This document shows, in pieces, positions 58,970-64,000 of a stretch of 64,000 nucleotides of DNA. The position numbers were made by a program, and so were the translations under genes. The DNA lies in assembly GCA_046583495.1 (NCBI GenBank), contig JAYGCF010000008.1, positions 7 to 64,006 of the forward strand. Direction: 5' to 3'. The notes beneath the pieces were generated by a model. The model saw only the letters and a list, made by a program, of their open reading frames with translations, was not told the origin of the DNA and ran no database searches. This DNA comes from Dehalococcoidia bacterium (GTDB taxonomy: Bacteria; Chloroflexota; Dehalococcoidia; Lucifugimonadales; Lucifugimonadaceae). The stretch's first letter is position 1. Each line of letters starts with the position of its first letter.

Positions 58970-60133
58970 CTACTTTAGGATGAAGTCTGGTTTTTCAAAT
59001 GTTCCACCCACGATTGGCACAGGGTCCAAGCCCAGCCAGTCTTCGACTAGGCTCGTGTAAACACTTCGGAAGTCCATGTCTGGCACGAGATCACCCTGGT
59101 CCAGATCGTTTGCCTTTGTTGACGGGTACTGTCCGTACTGTCCACCTTTGACGCCCTTGCCAATGGCAAGACACACCCCGCCGGCACCGTGGTCCGTGCC
59201 GGAGCCGTTATCGTAGACTCGCCGTCCAAACTCCGAGAAAATGAACATAACGACGTTATCCGCTGCGTTGTGTTCCTCAAGGTCATCAAAAAAGTCTCGT
59301 ATTGCCTGAGAGACTTGCGACCATAGTTTGTGATGAGTACTTAACTGGTCGGCATGGGTATCAAACGACCCGTGATCACAGTAAAAAACCCTTGATCCAA
59401 GGCCGGCAAGGTGGACCTGTGCAATGCCTTTGAGTTTTCTGGCGATGCTGGAGTCCTGGTACTCAACCGTAGAGGAGTATTGCTCTGGGGCGACATTCAG
59501 AATTTCGGCCCCTTTGAGGGCATCCAACCCGGTCTGGCCAAGGTAGTCCATAACTGGACCGCTACCTATTGCCGGAGAATACATTCGTTTGTAACGGCCA
59601 AGCACCCGGTTGAGCTTCTCCTCTGGAGTTATGTCAGTAAGAAGCCCGTAACTATCTATGTTCTCTACCGTAGCAACTGGAACGTCGGGGGCGACGAGGG
59701 CGCGGAATAGCGCTGGGCCCATGCTGACCGCGGTTACGACATTTTCCTTGCTCGGATCTAGTTCGCGTACAACTCGTCCCAACCATCCCTCAGTACCTAA
59801 AGTGTCTGGTTCGCATGTGTGCCATATATCCATAGAGCGAAAATGCGAGCGAGGAGAATTTTCGTAGCCAACTCCGTGAAGTATGGCAACATTGCCCTCT
59901 TTGTACATCTCCTGAATGGGTCCCATCGTCGGGTGAAGCCCGATCTGGTCATCGAGTGTGAGAACCTCGTCTTCGCCCACGTTCACGGTAGGTCTGTAAT
60001 CCCTGTAGAGAGGATCGTTGTAAGGAACGACTGTATTCATATAGTCGTTTCCGCCAGACAACTGAAGCACCACTATTACCGGGTCATCGGTCGACCCGTT
60101 GATGCTGGCTCCGTTTTCGAGCAGGCTAGTCAA
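58970..60133 (-). CDS. DUF1501-family (sulfatase-like) protein, no Tat/Sec leader
   Basis: VVLQLSGGNDYMNTVVP and FSEFGRRVYDNGSGTDHGAGG match the DUF1501 pattern. TTG start after AGGAAGGA. Confidence 0.75.
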   Translation of the reverse strand: MTSLLENGASINGSTDDPVIVVLQLSGGNDYMNTVVPYNDPLYRDYRPTVNVGEDEVLTLDDQIGLHPTMGPIQEMYKEGNVAILHGVGYENSPRSHFRSMDIWHTCEPDTLGTEGWLGRVVRELDPSKENVVTAVSMGPALFRALVAPDVPVATVENIDSYGLLTDITPEEKLNRVLGRYKRMYSPAIGSGPVMDYLGQTGLDALKGAEILNVAPEQYSSTVEYQDSSIARKLKGIAQVHLAGLGSRVFYCDHGSFDTHADQLSTHHKLWSQVSQAIRDFFDDLEEHNAADNVVMFIFSEFGRRVYDNGSGTDHGAGGVCLAIGKGVKGGQYGQYPSTKANDLDQGDLVPDMDFRSVYTSLVEDWLGLDPVPIVGGTFEKPDFILK

Positions 60134-60201
60134 AACGCCAGTCCTTCCTGTTTCACTCGGGATTTCTTAAACCGTTGGTCGATCTGAGTCCAGTGTTAAC
60201 T

Positions 60202-61602
60202 CTATGCGAACTGGTATTCCCGTAACGACACGACAAGTTGCAGTATCTCAGTCGCTTTCGCCGCCCCACCCTGCCCTGGACGCTCATCATTCCAATCTAT
60301 TTCGCCAAGTTCCATAGCGTGGTCTAGCAGTTCCTTCCTGGATTCGGCGGGAATATCCAGTGGTCCCATTACGTCAAGACAGGCGTCTACGACATCTTCA
60401 GGGCTACTACCGGACGATTTAATACGGTCGATTATTTTGATCACGCCGGGTTTGGAGAGATCACTGATCATCTCTGCTGTGAAATTGGTCCGTTTCATCA
60501 ATGTCCCACTATTGATCCACTCAATTCCAGAGTGCCATCCTTCTACACTTGGCGGGTTTAGAAGGTCCTGTCCCATGAAAGCGATCTGGCTGGCCCAGTT
60601 CATGGTTTCGGGCAAGGGACGGTTGGTGTCCTCGACAAGGCGTAGTGTTCCTATTACGACCTCTGTAGGATTTTTCACCCTCTCGAATCTTGATTCCTTA
60701 AAAAAGTCAGAGTTGAAAACTTTTCTAAGGACCGTACCGATGTGATAGTCGCTCTCCATGAGCGCGTCAGCTATAAACTGCACCGCTTCCGGGTCATTCG
60801 GTGGAGTGACTGACCATGCTGGCACCTGTGGCTCGTCAGCCACGAAGAAGCTGTAGAGATGGCGTGCTATGAACGCTGCAGTAGCCGGCTTGGCTAGGAT
60901 AATGTCAATTATCTCTTCGCCATCGAAATTTCCGGTGTGTCCTAGGAATGTTTTTTCACTGTAATCATGATCATCTGGGCGGAACTCGTACTCCCAATCC
61001 CATCGTCCCATGTGAAATCGGGGAAGTTTGTGTTTCAAAGTCCAGCCGGTGAATGCACGTGAACATTCTCTAACGTCTGTCTCTGTGTAGTTACCGACTC
61101 CCATCGTGAATAACTCTAGAAGTTCTCGCCCCCAGTTTTCGTTGACTGACTCGGCATGGTTCTCGTGGTTGTCCAGCCAGTAAATCATTGCAGGACTCTG
61201 AGCGACGGACATCAGTACATCTTTGTAGTTTCCGAGACCCTTTTCTCTGAAAGAGTCGATCATGTCCTCGATTTCGTCATAGTGATCTACCTTAGCTACG
61301 CCCGTGGCAAACAACTGGTGGTAGAACAAACAAAGTTTTTCCTGTAACGGCGCTTTCGTATTTATCATCCTCCAAACCCAAGGTGCTTGACCCAGTCCGC
61401 CCATGGTCCCTGGTTTCCACCACAGTGGGTAATAGCGCAGGAATTCATAAATATCTACCTGCTCCTGGGCTTCGGGAGTGAGAAGTTCTTCCACGGTGTC
61501 TTCGTAACCGACTTCAATGCGGTGTTCCAACTCTTCTCTGGACGCGCCAAAGCCAGCTCTGCGCATGAGGTGGGCCATCAAGGAAAGGTTTTGATCAGTC
61601 AT
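60202..61602 (-). CDS. DUF1800-family protein
   Basis: AHLMRRAGFGASREELE near the N-terminus and ...NENWGRELLELFTMGVGNYTE are typical DUF1800 motifs. Paired with DUF1501 as usual. Confidence 0.75.
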   Translation of the reverse strand: MTDQNLSLMAHLMRRAGFGASREELEHRIEVGYEDTVEELLTPEAQEQVDIYEFLRYYPLWWKPGTMGGLGQAPWVWRMINTKAPLQEKLCLFYHQLFATGVAKVDHYDEIEDMIDSFREKGLGNYKDVLMSVAQSPAMIYWLDNHENHAESVNENWGRELLELFTMGVGNYTETDVRECSRAFTGWTLKHKLPRFHMGRWDWEYEFRPDDHDYSEKTFLGHTGNFDGEEIIDIILAKPATAAFIARHLYSFFVADEPQVPAWSVTPPNDPEAVQFIADALMESDYHIGTVLRKVFNSDFFKESRFERVKNPTEVVIGTLRLVEDTNRPLPETMNWASQIAFMGQDLLNPPSVEGWHSGIEWINSGTLMKRTNFTAEMISDLSKPGVIKIIDRIKSSGSSPEDVVDACLDVMGPLDIPAESRKELLDHAMELGEIDWNDERPGQGGAAKATEILQLVVSLREYQFA

Positions 61603-61900
61603 TTCCCAAATCCTATTCGTGAAACATATTTAGGGCAGTGTAAGGCAGGGACCACCAAGACGTCGCTTCCAGTGTCCTCAATAATCTCCCCCCAATCTCG
61701 TATTCGAGATTTCACCATATGAATTGAATTACGTTTCGCTTGTTATATTTGCCATGACATCTCTTGTTAGGCATCTTCCGTTTTCTAGTAAGACGAAATT
61801 CGTCATGGATGGATTTATTTAGCACCCCATGCGTCGCTTACTTTCCTATACGATCCCGGGTCTCTGCCGTAATTGCTTACAAATTTCATAGGAGGTAACG

Positions 61901-62536
61901 ATGCCCAATTTTATTCTGAACATCCGGAGGGTCACGAAGCCCGGTCAAGAGGGCGCCCTTGTAGATTCTGCCGTCGAAAGTTTAAAAGGAGGTAACGTTC
62001 AGGGAAACGTTTCTTTCGATGCCTCCATCGCTGTTATGGCTGACCCCGCCGTGACGAACGCGTTACTATTCGACAGCCTCTCGGATGTTGAAAAACTCCA
62101 TGACGCATTCCTTAGTAATCCAGAACGTGCCCCACTGTTCTACGCGACCAATGGGATGGCCTCTAAAGTCACCAGCACCCTTTACCGAATTATTGATCCA
62201 ATTGAACCGGGACCAGATGACCAGCCAGGCCCTGGGAAATATATGACTCGAATGCTGTTAATGGCCAAAAGGGGAGAGGCTTCCAACCTGCTTAGCACGC
62301 TCCAAGGAATACGGAGCAATATTCCGGGGAGAAAACCCATGATTAATATGGCGGTTGCAGGTAACCCCGACCTTGTGCGAATTGTCGCTATGTACCGTTC
62401 GCTTGAAGAATTTCAGACTGAGCAAGAGCGAAGAAGACAAAGTGATGAAATGAAGTCGGCGATTGGCCAAATCGGGGGACTAACCACGATGGTCCGTTCA
62501 ACTCTAGCCAGAGTCGTGTACAACCATATGGCTTAA
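61901..62536 (+). CDS. hypothetical protein, apparent internal duplication (two alpha/beta-barrel-like halves)
   Basis: AGGAGG SD before the ATG. The halves begin FILNIRRVTKPGQEGALVDS... and YMTRMLLMAKRGEASNLLST.... No catalytic motif recognised. Confidence 0.5.
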   Translation: MPNFILNIRRVTKPGQEGALVDSAVESLKGGNVQGNVSFDASIAVMADPAVTNALLFDSLSDVEKLHDAFLSNPERAPLFYATNGMASKVTSTLYRIIDPIEPGPDDQPGPGKYMTRMLLMAKRGEASNLLSTLQGIRSNIPGRKPMINMAVAGNPDLVRIVAMYRSLEEFQTEQERRRQSDEMKSAIGQIGGLTTMVRSTLARVVYNHMA

Positions 62537-62552
62537 AACTCCACCGCAGTTG

Positions 62553-62586
62553 CCCTCCCTCAGGCCGTACGGATCCGAGGGGAGGG
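62553..62586. terminator. GC-rich hairpin between convergent genes
   Basis: CCCTCCCTC ... GAGGGGAGGG (9 bp with one bulged G), followed by ...GCGTATTTT. Confidence 0.45.
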
Positions 62587-62659
62587 TCGCTGCGTATTTT
62601 GGCCTTTATTCTCGGGGGGGCTCACAATTTGCCAGGTCCGTATGACTTGCAATAAAGGC

Positions 62660-63502
62660 TTATATCGCTGTGGATTTACTTGCGCGTACCCGCTCTAAAA
62701 GGTCACGAAGTCGGCCAGTTGACTCTGCCACAATCAACATGGCGACAGTGGTCAAAACGATTGAACCACCAGCGGCTATATCGGCGTAGAAAGCCACAAT
62801 CAGGCCAATCCAGACGCTGAGCAGGCCGAACGATATAGATAGGATCAATGCTGTACGGAATCCTCGCGCAATGCGTAGTGCCGCCAACGCGGGTATCACA
62901 ATCAAGGCGCCTACCATGAGGACACCTACTACTTGCATCGACGCTGTCACAGTGGCCCCTGTAAGGATAGCCAGGCCCAAATTTGTGGCAGTTACTCGGA
63001 CTCCGCTCGTGTGAGCAAGATCCTGATCGAATGCAGTCTGTGTCAGTTCGGCATAGAACGCAATGACAAAAAGTATCACTACAAAGAGAAGGCCTGCGAT
63101 CAAAAATAGATCGGCGTCGCCTATTGATAGAACAGAGCCGAACAGATATCCAAAAACGTCCGCGTTGAAGCCAGAGGATCTGCTGATAACTATTACGGCG
63201 ATGGCCAGAGACGCATAGAGAAACACAGCCAGCGCTGCATCCCCAGGCAACCGGCCACGCGATCTTAGTTGTTCAATCGCTGCGGCAGATGAGGTTGTCG
63301 CGATGAGCGCTACGAAAGTCGGGTAGATACTCGTCACGAAGCCTATGGCTACACCCATCAACGCGACGTGAGACAGGGTGTCGGCAATCAGTGAGAGACG
63401 TCTGAGAACAATGAATAGGCCGAATGCTGGTGCCAGTACTGCGACCATTGAGCCGCCAATTAAGGCGCGTCTCATGAATTCGAATTCAAATACTTCAGGC
63501 AA
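62660..63502 (-). CDS. ABC-3 family metal (Zn/Mn) ABC transporter permease
   Basis: 280 aa with 8-9 TM segments and the ZnuB/MntB-like pattern (...ADTLSHVALMGVA...). Confidence 0.85.
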   Translation of the reverse strand: MPEVFEFEFMRRALIGGSMVAVLAPAFGLFIVLRRLSLIADTLSHVALMGVAIGFVTSIYPTFVALIATTSSAAAIEQLRSRGRLPGDAALAVFLYASLAIAVIVISRSSGFNADVFGYLFGSVLSIGDADLFLIAGLLFVVILFVIAFYAELTQTAFDQDLAHTSGVRVTATNLGLAILTGATVTASMQVVGVLMVGALIVIPALAALRIARGFRTALILSISFGLLSVWIGLIVAFYADIAAGGSIVLTTVAMLIVAESTGRLRDLLERVRASKSTAI

Positions 63503-63515
63503 GGTTCAGCAATCC

Positions 63516-64000
63516 TTACCTATGTTCATGGAGTGCATCGTGTAGTAAGACATCGACGGGGAATCCGTAAAGCTCGGACAGGTGTTCACCAGTAATTGAG
63601 TGCGGGGGGCCGTGAAAAACGACAGTACGATTAATGCACGCGCAAACGTTGGCGCCCTGCATGACCGCACCAATATCGTGGGATATCAAAAACACCGTCA
63701 TTCCATATTCGCTGTTCAATGACGAAATCAATTCATGGAATCTGTCGCGCCCTACTGCGTCGACACCAGATACTGGTTCGTCCAGGCACAATAAATCAGG
63801 ATCGCCCACAATGGCGCGCGCGATTAGTGCCCGCTGCCGTTGCCCTACCGATAGAGATTCGATAGGCCGTTGTCTTATATCGGATATGCCGGCTATTTCT
63901 AGTGCGTCAGATACCTTCTTTCTTCCGCGTCTACGGAACATGCTCAGTGGATCGAATCCTTGGTAGAGACCCTGCTCGACGATCTCTTCCACGGTTGCGG
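63516..64000 (-). CDS. metal ABC transporter ATP-binding protein (N-terminus beyond the window edge)
   Basis: LSVGQRQR signature, LLCLDEP Walker B, ISHD H-loop. Walker A is missing and the frame stays open upstream of 63992 to the window end. Confidence 0.85.
   Translation of the reverse strand, partial: ATVEEIVEQGLYQGFDPLSMFRRRGRKKVSDALEIAGISDIRQRPIESLSVGQRQRALIARAIVGDPDLLCLDEPVSGVDAVGRDRFHELISSLNSEYGMTVFLISHDIGAVMQGANVCACINRTVVFHGPPHSITGEHLSELYGFPVDVLLHDALHEHR

Noticed and set aside
57448-61700. The tmRNA 3' end as an integration site for a genomic island covering the NHL/DUF1501/DUF1800 genes.
   Set aside because: No integrase, excisionase or phage gene follows ssrA. I could not find a direct repeat of the ssrA 3' end (…GTTCGACTCTCCCCCGTCTCCACCA) downstream by eye.
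1-64000. CRISPR arrays, tRNA/rRNA genes, IS elements, toxin-antitoxin pairs or defence-system genes.
   Set aside because: I saw no short regularly spaced direct repeats, no transposase, integrase or nuclease/helicase/ATPase defence-type ORFs, and no cloverleaf-like sequences in the intergenic regions. The only RNA gene I can support is ssrA.

Overview
The window holds about 60 protein-coding genes and one tmRNA. I found no rRNA, tRNA, CRISPR array, transposase, integrase or phage genes. It splits into three parts.

(1) 1-34.3 kb is a mosaic of catabolic enzyme genes with almost no regulators. It contains two enolase-superfamily enzymes, several amidohydrolases (D-aminoacylase, hydantoinase-like, lactonase-like), an RdhA/QueG-like Fe-S protein and a 2-hydroxyacid dehydrogenase. 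It also has two tandem TPP-enzyme paralogs, two HpcH-type aldolases, an Ldh_2 dehydrogenase, AroM, a nucleoside hydrolase, an MDR dehydrogenase, an aldo/keto reductase, a SelA/DgaE-like PLP enzyme, and MFS and EamA transporters.

(2) 34.4-57.8 kb is housekeeping: hisG-hisD-hisC-hisB, a minus-strand guaA-purD-(HAD)-purB-purC-(DUF3105)-purS string, tsaC, a polyprenyl-synthase-like gene, pgk-tpiA-miaA, dapF with an LL-DAP aminotransferase, hflX, an S41 protease and smpB-ssrA.

(3) 57.9-64 kb has an NHL propeller, a DUF1501/DUF1800 pair, an unknown protein and a Zn/Mn-type ABC importer that is cut by the window edge.

The gene content, frequent GTG/TTG starts, tight gene coupling and the tmRNA tag suggest a streamlined marine Chloroflexota (SAR202/Dehalococcoidia-like) genome. 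That is inference only.

The most interesting signal is an in-frame TGA at 9823-9825. It joins two ORFs from the supplied track into one frame and creates a U-x-x-C motif (ATAD-U-GTCASW). A SECIS-like hairpin starts exactly 11 nt downstream. This makes it a candidate UGSC-type selenoprotein fused to an uncharacterised ~370-aa domain, at the head of a cluster of poorly characterised enzymes (AroM, 2x TPP enzyme, aldolase, Ldh_2). I did not see a defence system or mobile element.
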